Source: Candidatus Velamenicoccus archaeovorus (GTDB taxonomy: Bacteria > Omnitrophota > Gorgyraeia > Velamenicoccales > Velamenicoccaceae). From it: 32,000 nt of DNA. The stretch spans positions 360,001 through 392,000 of the forward strand of contig NZ_CP019384.1 of assembly GCF_004102945.1 (NCBI RefSeq), read 5' to 3'. The notes under the pieces were generated by a model. It was not told the origin of the DNA and made no database searches. It saw only the letters and a list, made by a program, of their open reading frames with translations. Below, one piece after another: positions 20,170-29,290 of the stretch. A program made the translations under genes and the position numbers. How positions within the stretch are numbered: position 1 is the stretch's first letter; each line of letters opens with the position of its first letter.

Positions 20170-20410
20170 GAATTTGACCCAGCACCAATTTTACCCCGTT
20201 AGAGAAAGCCGCCGATTCCGTTCGGCGGGTATCTCCTATTGAAGCCGACGATGGTATAAAGTCACCGTCGGCAAGAGACCGCCAGAGAACAAAGTCTTCT
20301 AATGGGGTTTACTGATACGCTTATCTTAAAATACAAAGGTTTATGCTGAAACACAAACCGCTGTCTCAAGAGTCCAAGCTTTTTAGTAAAATTGGTGCTG
20401 GGTTCAATTC
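20170..20410 (+). ncRNA. candidate structured RNA (or MITE): 24-bp inverted repeats enclosing a three-way junction
   Basis: GAATTTGACCCAGCACCAATTTTA (20170-20193) pairs with TAAAATTGGTGCTGGGTTCAATTC (20387-20410). Inner stem CCCCGTTAGAG / CTTCTAATGGGG needs G:U pairs on the + strand only. Hairpins at 20209-20228 and 20244-20272. Confidence 0.4.
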
Positions 20411-20470
20411 GCGCAGTGACTTATGTTCACTTTGTTCCATAAGTCACGCGTTCATTGAAGGAGGCTCAAG

Positions 20471-21901
20471 ATGAAAATCGCTTTATGCGCCAGCGAGGCC
20501 GTGCCGTTTGCCAAAACAGGCGGGTTGGCGGATGTATGCGGAGCCCTGCCTCAGGAACTTGATGCTCTCGGGCACGAAGTTGTCCTGATTCTTCCGAAGT
20601 ATCAGTCGGTCAAAGGGACACGTTTTCTTTTCAAGACCGTCAACAGCGATTATGACATGACGTTTTTGGGGGAAAACATCCGTGTTTTTTTTGTGAAACA
20701 CGACATGTATCTCCGGGCCGGGCTTTACGGCGACTCTTTCGGCGATTATCCAGACAACATGAGGCGTTTTTCCTATTTTTGCCTGAGGTCGCTGGAGCTT
20801 TTTGAAAAGATCGGTTTTGTTCCCGACGTGATCCACTGCCATGATTGGCAGACGTCCCTTGTGCCTCTTTACCTGAAAGACCGCGGCCGCCAGTTTTTCA
20901 AGAAGGACGGCCGGATGCCGGCGACGGTCCTGACGATCCACAATATGGCTTACCAGGGCATTTTTTCCAAAGAGCGGATGCCCGAGACGGGGCTTGGCTG
21001 GGAGTATTTCACGATGGAAGGTCTCGAGTATTACGACAAGATCAATCTCTTGAAGGGCGGCATCTTGGGGGCGGATGACATCAACACGGTGAGCCTGACT
21101 TATAGCCGCGAGGTCCAGACGCAAGATTTCGGCTGCGGTTTGGAAGGGGTTTTGGCGCAAAGGAAGGACCGATTTTCCGGCATCATCAACGGCGTCGATT
21201 ATAAAACTTGGAATCCTCAAGGGGACGCCCTGATCTTCAAGAGCTATACGATCAATACCATCTGCGACAAGAAGATCAATAAGCTGAAGCTGCAGGGGGT
21301 CTGCGGTTTCCCGCAGGACGAGAATGTTTTTCTTTTGGGTTTTGTCGGCCGGCTGGTGGAACAGAAAGGCGTGGAGCTTATTTTGAACATCATCCCGGAA
21401 TGTGTCAAGGCGGGAATGCAGATGGTGATCCTGGGTGTCGGCGATCCCAAGTACGAAGCGGCCGCCTTCCAGTATGCCCGGCAGTATCCGCACAATATAT
21501 ACTATAGCTCGCGTTTCGACGACAGGCTCGCCCACCAGATTTATGCCGGTTCGGATGCGTTTTTGATGCCTTCGCATTTTGAACCCTGCGGCATCGGCCA
21601 ATTGATCGGTTTCAAATACGGAACGATCCCCATTGTTTATAAAACGGGCGGTTTGGCGGATACGGTCAGCGACGTTCAGGCGGATCCCCAGAAAGGTTCC
21701 GGGTTTGTCTTCGGTCGGTTCGGGCAAAAAGAGTTTCTGGCGGCTGTTGTGGCAGCCAGGCAGCTTTTCAGCCGGCAGATGCCATGGCAGGACCTGATGA
21801 AGCGCGTGATGCGCCTGAATTTTTCCTGGAAGGAATCTGCCAGGAAATATGTCGCGTTGTACGAGAAAGCGCAGCGTCATTCCCGGGAGGGGCGCGGATG
21901 A
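20471..21901 (+). CDS. glgA: glycogen (starch) synthase
   Basis: N-terminal SEAVPFAKTGGLADV motif, HCHDWQT, and a C-terminal GT1 domain with PSHFEPCGIGQL. SD GAAGGAGG upstream. Confidence 0.95.
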   Translation: MKIALCASEAVPFAKTGGLADVCGALPQELDALGHEVVLILPKYQSVKGTRFLFKTVNSDYDMTFLGENIRVFFVKHDMYLRAGLYGDSFGDYPDNMRRFSYFCLRSLELFEKIGFVPDVIHCHDWQTSLVPLYLKDRGRQFFKKDGRMPATVLTIHNMAYQGIFSKERMPETGLGWEYFTMEGLEYYDKINLLKGGILGADDINTVSLTYSREVQTQDFGCGLEGVLAQRKDRFSGIINGVDYKTWNPQGDALIFKSYTINTICDKKINKLKLQGVCGFPQDENVFLLGFVGRLVEQKGVELILNIIPECVKAGMQMVILGVGDPKYEAAAFQYARQYPHNIYYSSRFDDRLAHQIYAGSDAFLMPSHFEPCGIGQLIGFKYGTIPIVYKTGGLADTVSDVQADPQKGSGFVFGRFGQKEFLAAVVAARQLFSRQMPWQDLMKRVMRLNFSWKESARKYVALYEKAQRHSREGRG

Positions 21902-22608
21902 CCCTTCGACGCAGGCCGCGGCTTTCAGCCGCAGGCCTTTGCTCAGGATTCCGCCCCACAGGCGGAGAAGAAAGGCGTTACGGGCCTTGCCCAGGGCCGA
22001 GGGCGAGCCTGCGGGGCTCCACGACGATCGGTTTGACGGGAGGGCTGGGGACCGGCAAGAGCACGGTTCTGAAATTCTTTGGTTCCCTTGGCGCAAAGAC
22101 TTGGAATGCCGATGAGGTGGTGCGCCGGGAACTGGGAGCCAATGCGGCGCTCAAGAGGAAGATCCGGAACGCCTTCGGCGAAGTCTGCCTGAGGGACGGC
22201 CGCCTCGACAAAAAGAAGCTGGCGGCAGAAGTTTTTTCTTCCCCGGGGAAAGTGGCGCGGCTCGAGCGCCTGATCCATCCCATTGTCAAAAAGAAGCTGG
22301 CGGCATTCTTGCGCAGGAACAAAAAGAGCGGCGTCGCCGTCGCCGAAGTCCCGCTTCTTTTCGAGACGGATTTTTATAAATTATTTGATGTGACGGCATG
22401 CGTCGTCGCTTCTCCCGCCGTCCGGAGAAAGCGGCTCTTGCGTTCTCACCGGTTCACTCCGCAGGATATCGCGCGGCGGGTGCGCCATCAGATGCCCTTG
22501 TCACGGAAAAGCGCGCGTTGCGATATGATCATCCATAATAACGGGACCAAGTCCCAGACGTACATGCAAGTGAAAAAAATCATGGAGGAAGAAACGTGGA
22601 AAAGCTAG
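21898..22608 (+). CDS. coaE: dephospho-CoA kinase (with a ~40-aa Arg-rich N-terminal extension if ATG 21898 is used)
   Basis: P-loop [14 protein letters not shown] and later CoaE-like segments (VPLLFE). ATG 21898 overlaps the glgA stop (ATGA). The only in-frame ATG, GTG or TTG codon closer to the P-loop is a TTG inside GLTGG. Confidence 0.85.
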   Translation: MTLRRRPRLSAAGLCSGFRPTGGEERRYGPCPGPRASLRGSTTIGLTGGLGTGKSTVLKFFGSLGAKTWNADEVVRRELGANAALKRKIRNAFGEVCLRDGRLDKKKLAAEVFSSPGKVARLERLIHPIVKKKLAAFLRRNKKSGVAVAEVPLLFETDFYKLFDVTACVVASPAVRRKRLLRSHRFTPQDIARRVRHQMPLSRKSARCDMIIHNNGTKSQTYMQVKKIMEEETWKS

Positions 22609-23855
22609 AAATCGCAAAACTCAAGGAAATGAAGATCGCAGATCTCGCGAAATTCGCCAAGACGCTGAATGTCAACGGCATCAGCGGCTCCAAGAAGCAG
22701 GATCTGATCTTTAAGATCCTGCAGGCGCAGGCGGAACGCGAGGGGCTGATGTTTGGGGAGGGGGTCCTGGAGATCCTTCCCGAAGGGTTTGGGTTCCTGC
22801 GATCGTCGAATTACAACTATTTGCCCTGTCCCGACGATATTTATGTGTCTCCTTCGCAGATCCGCAAGTTCGACCTGCGCACCGGCGACACGGTCTCCGG
22901 CCAGATCCGTCCACCCAAGGAAGGCGAGAAATATTTCGCGCTCCTGAAGGTCGAGGCCGTGAATTTCGAAAACCCGGAGACCATCAAGGATAAGATCCTT
23001 TTTGACAACTTGACGCCCGTCTATCCGCACGAGCGTTTTGTGCTGGAGCATATGGCGGAGGATGCCTCGACGCGCATCATGGATCTCCTGACACCGATCG
23101 GCAAAGGGCAGCGCGGTTTGATCGTCGCCCAGCCTTACAGCGGCAAGACGGTCCTTTTGCAGAAGATCGCCAACGCCATCACCAAGAACAACCCGGAGAC
23201 GGTCCTGATCGTCCTTTTGATCGACGAGCGCCCCGAAGAAGTCACGGACATGCAGAGACTGGTCAAGGGCGAGGTCATCAGTTCGACCTTCGATGAACCT
23301 GCGGAACGTCACGTCCAGGTGGCGGAGATCGTCCTGGAGAAGGCCAAGAGGCTTGTCGAACACAAGAAAGATGTCGTTGTTCTCCTGGATTCGATCACGC
23401 GTCTGGCGCGCGCCTATAATACGGTCGTGCCGCATTCCGGTAAAATCCTGACGGGCGGCATGGATTCTCATGCGCTGCACAAGCCCAAGCGCTTCTTCGG
23501 CGCGGCCCGGGCCCTGGAAGAGGGCGGAAGCCTGACGATCATCGCGACGGCGCTCGTGGATACGGGCAGCCGCATGGATGAAGTCATCTTCGAGGAATTC
23601 AAGGGGACGGGTAATATGGAATTGCAGCTGGACCGCAATCTCTTCCAGCGCCGTATTTATCCGGCCATTGATATCAAGCGTTCCAACACGCGCCGCGAAG
23701 AGCTCCTGATCGACCCCAAGCACCTCCAGAAGATATGGATCCTGCGCAAGGTCTTGAACGAGCTTAACTCGGCGGAAGCGATGGAGCTTCTCATTGACAA
23801 GCTTTCCAAAACCAAGAATAATGGTGATTTTCTTGACAGCATGAATCAGAAATAA
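22596..23855 (+). CDS. rho: transcription termination factor Rho
   Basis: Rho_[18 protein letters not shown]-binding [15 protein letters not shown]. Walker [43 protein letters not shown] precedes GTG 22596. Confidence 0.96.
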   Translation: MEKLEIAKLKEMKIADLAKFAKTLNVNGISGSKKQDLIFKILQAQAEREGLMFGEGVLEILPEGFGFLRSSNYNYLPCPDDIYVSPSQIRKFDLRTGDTVSGQIRPPKEGEKYFALLKVEAVNFENPETIKDKILFDNLTPVYPHERFVLEHMAEDASTRIMDLLTPIGKGQRGLIVAQPYSGKTVLLQKIANAITKNNPETVLIVLLIDERPEEVTDMQRLVKGEVISSTFDEPAERHVQVAEIVLEKAKRLVEHKKDVVVLLDSITRLARAYNTVVPHSGKILTGGMDSHALHKPKRFFGAARALEEGGSLTIIATALVDTGSRMDEVIFEEFKGTGNMELQLDRNLFQRRIYPAIDIKRSNTRREELLIDPKHLQKIWILRKVLNELNSAEAMELLIDKLSKTKNNGDFLDSMNQK

Positions 23856-23985
23856 CAGGGATCGACCCCTCGCCTGGGCGCTTGTAAATTTCCGCCAGGA
23901 CGAGTCGGCGGAAATTTCCTACGCAGGCTCGGGGTTGATTTTGCAAGGAAAGGGCCTGGTTATAGGCAAAATCAAGGAGACTAAA
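23856..23985 (+). promoter_or_regulatory. structured rpmE leader carrying the compact version of the module seen upstream of rplS
   Basis: CCCC-TC-GCCT...AGGC-TC-GGGG outer helix (23866-23934) around AAATTTCCGCC/GGCGGAAATTT (23886-23917). A perfect 10-bp hairpin TTGATTTTGC/GCAAAATCAA (23935-23975) ends on the SD AGGAG (23975-23979). Confidence 0.5.
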
Positions 23986-24189
23986 ATGAAAGACAAGATC
24001 CATCCGAACTACAAAGAGACCACGATCATCTGCGCCTGCGGCGAGGTGATCCATACGCGCTCGACCAAGCAGAATATCCGCGTCGACATCTGCTCGGCCT
24101 GCCATCCGTTTTTCACGGGCAAGCAGAAATTCGTCGATACGGCCGGCCGCGTCGAGAAGTTCATGAAAAAGTACAAAAAGTCTGCGTGA
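23986..24189 (+). CDS. rpmE: 50S ribosomal protein L31 (zinc-ribbon type)
   Basis: MKDKIHPNY...CACG...[24 protein letters not shown] is canonical L31 with a CxxC...CxxC site. Confidence 0.96.
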   Translation: MKDKIHPNYKETTIICACGEVIHTRSTKQNIRVDICSACHPFFTGKQKFVDTAGRVEKFMKKYKKSA

Positions 24190-24192
24190 TCC

Positions 24193-25254
24193 ATGCCGCG
24201 CTCTATCGAGGACCTCAAGAAGAGAAAGATCGAGCTTGAACAGTTCTTGGTCTCGCCGGATGTCGTCTCCAATAATACCTTGACTGTTAAATACGCCAAG
24301 GAATTGGCCGAGATTGCACCGATCCTTAAAAAGAAGGACGATTTAGACGAGATTAACAGCGAGATCAGGGACGTCCTTAATATCCTGGATGATCCAAATC
24401 AAAGCAAGGAGTTTAAGGATTTGGCCAATCATGAATTGGCTGTCCTTGAGATAAAGAAACATAATGCCGACTTGGAACTCAAGGCCCTGATGGCCGAGCC
24501 CGACCCGGACATGAACAAGAACTGTATGGTGGAGATACGCGCCGGCACCGGCGGGCAAGAGGCGAGTTTATTTGCGGCGGATCTCTATAGGATGTATACG
24601 AAATATGCGGCGGTGAAGGGCTGGGATGTGGAATTGATGTCCATTAACCCGACCGACCTAGGCGGGATCAAGGAAGTGGTTTTCAGCGTCATCGGCCCCG
24701 GCGCCTACAAGCACCTCAGATACGAAAGCGGCGTCCATCGCGTCCAGCGCGTGCCGGAGACGGAAGCTTCGGGTCGCATCCATACGTCGGCGGCGACCGT
24801 CGCGGTTCTTTTCGAGCCCGAAGAGACGGAACTGGTGATCGATCCCAAGGATTTAAAGATTGATGTTTACCGCGCCGGAGGCCACGGCGGCCAGCACGTC
24901 AACACGACGGACTCGGCCGTGCGCATCACACATCTGCCGACGGGCCTGGTCGTGACGTGCCAGGACGAGCGTTCCCAGATCAAGAACCGCGCCAAGGCCA
25001 TGCGCGTCCTGCGTACGCGCCTGTCCGATGAGATGCGCCACAGGAAGGAATCGGCGCGCTCGGAGCTCAGGAAGTCCCAGGTGGGCACAGGAGACCGCAG
25101 CGAGAAGATCCGGACGTATAATTTTCCGGACAGACGCGTCACGGACCACAGGATCAATTTTACGTCGCATCGCCTCGAGGCGATTTTGGACGGCGCGCTG
25201 GATGAGGTGACCGAGGCGCTGCTTCGCGCCGAGGTGCAAGGGGAGAAGGGATGA
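24193..25254 (+). CDS. prfA: peptide chain release factor 1
   Basis: GGQ motif (AGGHGGQHVNTTDSAVRITHLPTG). RF1-type PxT tripeptide context RVQRVPETEASGRIHTSAATV. Confidence 0.96.
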   Translation: MPRSIEDLKKRKIELEQFLVSPDVVSNNTLTVKYAKELAEIAPILKKKDDLDEINSEIRDVLNILDDPNQSKEFKDLANHELAVLEIKKHNADLELKALMAEPDPDMNKNCMVEIRAGTGGQEASLFAADLYRMYTKYAAVKGWDVELMSINPTDLGGIKEVVFSVIGPGAYKHLRYESGVHRVQRVPETEASGRIHTSAATVAVLFEPEETELVIDPKDLKIDVYRAGGHGGQHVNTTDSAVRITHLPTGLVVTCQDERSQIKNRAKAMRVLRTRLSDEMRHRKESARSELRKSQVGTGDRSEKIRTYNFPDRRVTDHRINFTSHRLEAILDGALDEVTEALLRAEVQGEKG

Positions 25255-26066
25255 ACGAGATCGAGTCCATTCTTTGCAAGGTTTTGGCGTGTGACAGGTC
25301 GTCGTTGTATCTCGACCATTCCCGCCGGGCGCTCCGTGTCGTTGAAAACAGGCGCCTGGAAGCGATCCTGCGCCGCCGCCTGCAGGGCGAGCCTTTGCAG
25401 TATCTTCTGGGCGATGTCGATTTCATGGGGCTGAAGCTTTGCGTCAGGCCGGGCGTGCTCGTCCCCAGGCCTGAAACGGAGATCCTTGTCGATGAGGCGC
25501 TCAGGCGTTTTCTTTGTGGCTGCCTGCCGAAGACGGGCGGACGTTTGAACATCCTGGATGTCGGCACCGGCAGCGGCAATATCGCGATCGCCCTGGCCGC
25601 CTTCTTGCCGCAAAATAAGCGTGGATGGATTACAGCCGTCGATATTTCCGAAACCTGCCTTTCGGTGGCGCGCGTCAATGCCAGGCGGTGCGGCGTGGCC
25701 GACAGGATCAGGTTTGTCAAATCCGATCTTTTCTCGGCGGTGGGGGGCGAGTGTTTTGACGCGATTGTCTCCAATCCGCCCTACGTGTCTTTGCGTGAAT
25801 ACAGGCATCTGGCTGAGGATGTGCGGCGGGAACCGCGGGAAGCTTTGGTTGCGCCGGGAAACGGGCTTTATTTTTATCGCAGGTTCGCCCGCACAGCCGC
25901 AAGATTTTTAAAACCAGGCGGGTCGCTTTTTCTTGAGATCGGCGATACACAGGCGGGGGAGATCGAGAAAATTTTTGGCAGACGTCAGGGCTGGTCTGCG
26001 GTAGAATTTATCAAGGATCTTGCAGGTCGGGATCGCGTCGCGATCATGACAAAACAATTTAAATAA
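25251..26066 (+). CDS. prmC: release-factor glutamine N5-methyltransferase
   Basis: SAM-binding ILDVGTGSGNIAI and catalytic VSNPPYV. ATGA overlap with prfA. Confidence 0.93.
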   Translation: MNEIESILCKVLACDRSSLYLDHSRRALRVVENRRLEAILRRRLQGEPLQYLLGDVDFMGLKLCVRPGVLVPRPETEILVDEALRRFLCGCLPKTGGRLNILDVGTGSGNIAIALAAFLPQNKRGWITAVDISETCLSVARVNARRCGVADRIRFVKSDLFSAVGGECFDAIVSNPPYVSLREYRHLAEDVRREPREALVAPGNGLYFYRRFARTAARFLKPGGSLFLEIGDTQAGEIEKIFGRRQGWSAVEFIKDLAGRDRVAIMTKQFK

Positions 26067-26258
26067 CCAAGTTCCAAGAAACAAGGACCAAATAATAACC
26101 AATTACCAAAAACCAATAACCAAGCAATATCTTTTGTTTGATGATTGAGGATTTGGATTTGTTTGTCCCGCACCAAAATGTTTCCTAAGGCGGGATCCCG
26201 CATGGCGGGAGTATTTGTTTCTTGCCTGCCTGTCGCAGGCAGGGTTATTGGTGATTTT
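26062..26258. repeat. CAA/TTG-rich palindromic element, copy B, with nested GC hairpins
   Basis: 5' end AATAACCAAGTTCCAAGAAAC contains the prmC stop codon. The 3' end TTGTTTCTTG|GTTATTGGTGATTTT is split by hairpin CCTGCCTG-TCG-CAGGCAGG (26225-26243). Two CCCGC...GCGGG hairpins lie at 26167-26209. Confidence 0.7.
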
Positions 26259-26287
26259 ATTCAACGTCATCATGCGAGGTTGCAAAT

Positions 26288-27553
26288 ATGGACAAGCTTG
26301 TCATTGAAGGCGGTATCCCCTTAAAAGGGAGCGTGGAAGTTTCCGGTTCCAAGAATTCGCTTTTGCCGATCCTGGCGGCGACGCTTTTGACAAAAGACAA
26401 ATGCGTCATTAAGAATGCACCGGATCTGCGCGACACCGTCTCAATGCTTAAGATCCTCAAGCATCTGGGCGTTGCTTATGAGTTCAAGGATCATGTCATC
26501 CGCCTGAGGCCGAACGGCCTGGAGCGTTGCGAGGCGCCGTATAAACTGGTTTCGACGATGCGGGCGTCTTTCTGTGTCTTGGGCCCTCTGTTGGCGCGCT
26601 ACGGAAAAGCCCGCGTCTCTTTGCCAGGCGGATGCGTCATCGGCGTGCGGCCGGTGGATCTTCATCTTAAAGGTCTGGCGAAGCTGGGTGCCAAGATCCA
26701 GGTGAAGGAGGGCTATGTTATCGCCGACGGCCGGCGGCTCAAGGGCACGCATATATACCTGGGCGGCGCGTTTGGCTCGTCGGTCCTGGCTACGGGGAAC
26801 GTCATGATGGCCGCGACGCTGGCGGCCGGAACGACGGTGATCGAAAATGCGGCATGCGAACCCGAAGTCGTGGATCTGGCGCGGTTCCTGATCAAGATGG
26901 GGGCCAAGATCAAAGGCGAGGGGTCGCCGTACCTTGAGATCGCGGGCGTCAAAGAGTTGCACGGCGTCGAGTATGAGGTGATCCCGGACAGGATCGAAGC
27001 GGCGACTCTTATCATGGCTGCAGGGGTCACACGGGGCGAGGTGCTTGTCAGGAAGGCCCGGGCGGAACACATGATGGCGGTTTTAGAAAAACTTGAGGAA
27101 GCAGGCATGGATTTCAAGATCGCGCGCGACAGCGTGCTTGTCAAGAAGTCCTCGCGCCGTTTCAAGCCGACGGACGTCGTTACGCTGCCGTATCCAGGTT
27201 TTCCGACGGACGTGCAGGCGCAGTTCATGACGCTCATGAGCATTACCGACGGGATCAGCGTGATCACGGAAAAGATATATCCCGACCGTTTCATGCATGT
27301 GGCGGAGTTGAACCGCATGGGGGCGCAGGTCAAGAGGGAGGGTCCGTATGCGGTCGTGCACGGCACCAGGCAATTGAGCGGTGCGCCTGTCATGGCCTCC
27401 GATCTCAGGGCGTCGGCAGCCCTCGTGTTGGCCGGGCTTGTCGCCCGAGGCCGGACGGAGGTCTCCAGGATTTACCATTTGGACCGCGGCTATGAGCGTC
27501 TGGAGGAAAAGTTAAAAGTCTTAGGAGCAAAGATAGAACGCGTGAAAGAATGA
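26288..27553 (+). CDS. murA: UDP-N-acetylglucosamine 1-carboxyvinyltransferase
   Basis: KLVIEGGIPLKGSVEVSGSKNS N-terminus. Catalytic-loop Cys in LPGGCVIGVRPVDLH. C-terminal IYHLDRGYERLEEKL. Confidence 0.96.
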   Translation: MDKLVIEGGIPLKGSVEVSGSKNSLLPILAATLLTKDKCVIKNAPDLRDTVSMLKILKHLGVAYEFKDHVIRLRPNGLERCEAPYKLVSTMRASFCVLGPLLARYGKARVSLPGGCVIGVRPVDLHLKGLAKLGAKIQVKEGYVIADGRRLKGTHIYLGGAFGSSVLATGNVMMAATLAAGTTVIENAACEPEVVDLARFLIKMGAKIKGEGSPYLEIAGVKELHGVEYEVIPDRIEAATLIMAAGVTRGEVLVRKARAEHMMAVLEKLEEAGMDFKIARDSVLVKKSSRRFKPTDVVTLPYPGFPTDVQAQFMTLMSITDGISVITEKIYPDRFMHVAELNRMGAQVKREGPYAVVHGTRQLSGAPVMASDLRASAALVLAGLVARGRTEVSRIYHLDRGYERLEEKLKVLGAKIERVKE

Positions 27554-27694
27554 TTCGTTTAAATGTTTAATTTCGAAATTCTAATGACGAATCAAATCCC
27601 GATGCCTCAAAGAACCAAGGACTTTTTTGATATTTCTCGACATTAAGACATTCGAACTTTATTAGGCATTCGGGCTTGGGAATTCGTCATTAAA
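27552..27694 (+). promoter_or_regulatory. AT-rich structured leader upstream of trpG with mutually exclusive pairings
   Basis: TAATGACGAAT (27582-27592) pairs with ATTCGTCATTA (27682-27692). Its ACGAATC part can instead pair with GATTCGT (27552-27558). Inner helix CCCGATGCCT / AGGCATTCGGG (27598-27607 / 27664-27674). Confidence 0.3.
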
Positions 27695-27710
27695 CTGAAG
27701 AAGGGCTTGT

Positions 27711-28274
27711 ATGATATTGATGATCGACAATTACGATTCCTTTACCTATAATCTCGTCCAGTATCTGGGGGAGATGGGGCAGGAGTTGAAGGTTTTCCGC
27801 AACGACAAGATCACGATCTCCGGGATTAAAAAACTCAAACCCCGCTCTATCGTGATTTCGCCGGGTCCGGGTCGTCCCGAAGATGCAGGTATTTCCATCG
27901 ATGTCATCCGCGCCTTTGGGGGCAAGGTCCCTATCTTGGGCGTCTGTCTCGGCCATCAGGCCATCGGCTATTGCTTCGGGGGCAGGATCGTGAGGGCCGA
28001 TAGGCTGATGCATGGCAAAACGTCGTTGATCTACCATAAGGGGCAGGGGATATTCAAAGGACTGGCCAATCCTTTCGAGGCCACGCGTTATCATTCGCTT
28101 CTCGTCGATGCCAAGGGGTTTCCCAAAGAGCTCGTGGTGACTGCATGGACCAGAGACAAAGAGATCATGGGGTTGATGCATAAAAAAGACCCTATTTTCG
28201 GCGTTCAGTTCCATCCGGAATCGATCATGACAAAATCCGGCAAACATCTCTTAAAGAATTTTCTTGAGCTATGA
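27711..28274 (+). CDS. trpG: anthranilate synthase component II (glutamine amidotransferase)
   Basis: [19 protein letters not shown], catalytic GVCLGHQ and FGVQFHPES. Directly coupled to trpD. Confidence 0.92.
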   Translation: MILMIDNYDSFTYNLVQYLGEMGQELKVFRNDKITISGIKKLKPRSIVISPGPGRPEDAGISIDVIRAFGGKVPILGVCLGHQAIGYCFGGRIVRADRLMHGKTSLIYHKGQGIFKGLANPFEATRYHSLLVDAKGFPKELVVTAWTRDKEIMGLMHKKDPIFGVQFHPESIMTKSGKHLLKNFLEL

Positions 28275-29290
28275 TGCAGGATGCCGTTAAAAAAGTCTCG
28301 TCCGGTGTTTCCTTGAACGCGCAGGAGATGGAAGCTGCTATTTCTCTTGTTGCCGAGGGGCAGGCGCCGGAGGCAGAGACGATTGCTTTTTTGAGCGCTT
28401 TGGCTAAAAAAGGCGAGACGGCAGAGGAGATTACGGGCGCCGTCCGTGCCATGAGGCGGTTTGTCAGGCCTCTGGACGCCGGGGCCGAGGTGGTCTTCGA
28501 TACTTGCGGCACGGGCGGGGACGCCAAGGGGACTTTTAATGTCTCGACGGTCGCAGCCCTTGTCGTCGCCGGCGCCGGCGTCACCGTCGCCAAACACGGC
28601 AACCGTTCGGTCTCGAGCGCCTGCGGCAGTGCGGACCTGATGGAAGAACTGGGGGTCAATATCAACGCTCCCCTGGAGGCCGTCGAGAGGTGTCTGCATG
28701 AGGCGGGTATTGCGTTTCTCTATGCACCGCTCCTGCATCCGGCCATGGCCCACGTTCAGCCCATCCGCCGCAAGCTCCAGACGCGCACGGTTTTCAACAT
28801 CCTCGGCCCCCTCATCAATCCGGCTTCTCCCACGCATCAGCTGGTCGGCGTTTATGACAGGAAGTTATTGCCCGTTCTTGGCGAAGTCTTCAGGAACCTT
28901 GGACTGAAACATGCGCTTGTCGTCTGGGGAGAGGGAGGATATGACGAGTTGATCACCTGGGGGCCGACCCATGTCTGCGAAGTCGCCGCCGCCAAAGAAT
29001 CCCCCATGAAGGAATATGTCGTCGATCCCCAGAAGCTGGATGTGCCGAAGGCCGATCCCCGCGATGTGCTCGGCGAGGGACGGGCGACCAACAAGCAGAT
29101 CGCCTTAAATATCCTCAAGGGCATGGAAGGACCTGAAAGGGACATCATCGTCTTGAATGCCGGCTGCGGTCTCTATGTGGCTGGCAAGGCTTATACGATC
29201 AAAGACGGGATGCGCCTGGCCGAAGAGTCTATCGATTCCGGCGCGGCCATCAAGAAGCTCAACAAGCTCATTGAATACACGAATCTATGA
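28271..29290 (+). CDS. trpD: anthranilate phosphoribosyltransferase
   Basis: [34 protein letters not shown] and [10 protein letters not shown]. Confidence 0.95.
   Translation: MMQDAVKKVSSGVSLNAQEMEAAISLVAEGQAPEAETIAFLSALAKKGETAEEITGAVRAMRRFVRPLDAGAEVVFDTCGTGGDAKGTFNVSTVAALVVAGAGVTVAKHGNRSVSSACGSADLMEELGVNINAPLEAVERCLHEAGIAFLYAPLLHPAMAHVQPIRRKLQTRTVFNILGPLINPASPTHQLVGVYDRKLLPVLGEVFRNLGLKHALVVWGEGGYDELITWGPTHVCEVAAAKESPMKEYVVDPQKLDVPKADPRDVLGEGRATNKQIALNILKGMEGPERDIIVLNAGCGLYVAGKAYTIKDGMRLAEESIDSGAAIKKLNKLIEYTNL

Noticed and set aside
20394-20415. tRNA-like T-arm sequence GGTGCTGGGTTCAATTCGCGC.
   Set aside because: The flanks of GGTTCAATT are not complementary, so there is no T-stem. No acceptor or anticodon arms can be drawn. 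The segment is the right arm of the 24-bp inverted repeat.
20343-20474. 43-codon upstream ORF (MLKHKPLSQESKLF...) ending in an ATGA overlap with the glgA start.
   Set aside because: It has only a weak AAGG 4 nt upstream and runs through the inverted repeat and a hairpin. The peptide has no recognisable features. It is probably a chance open frame, although a coupling uORF cannot be excluded.
24751-24765. RF1 recognition tripeptide reads PET instead of the usual PAT/PVT, raising the possibility of altered stop-codon recognition.
   Set aside because: The middle residue of PxT is variable, and P and T are intact. TAA, TAG and TGA all terminate well-supported genes in this window, so there is no sign of recoding.
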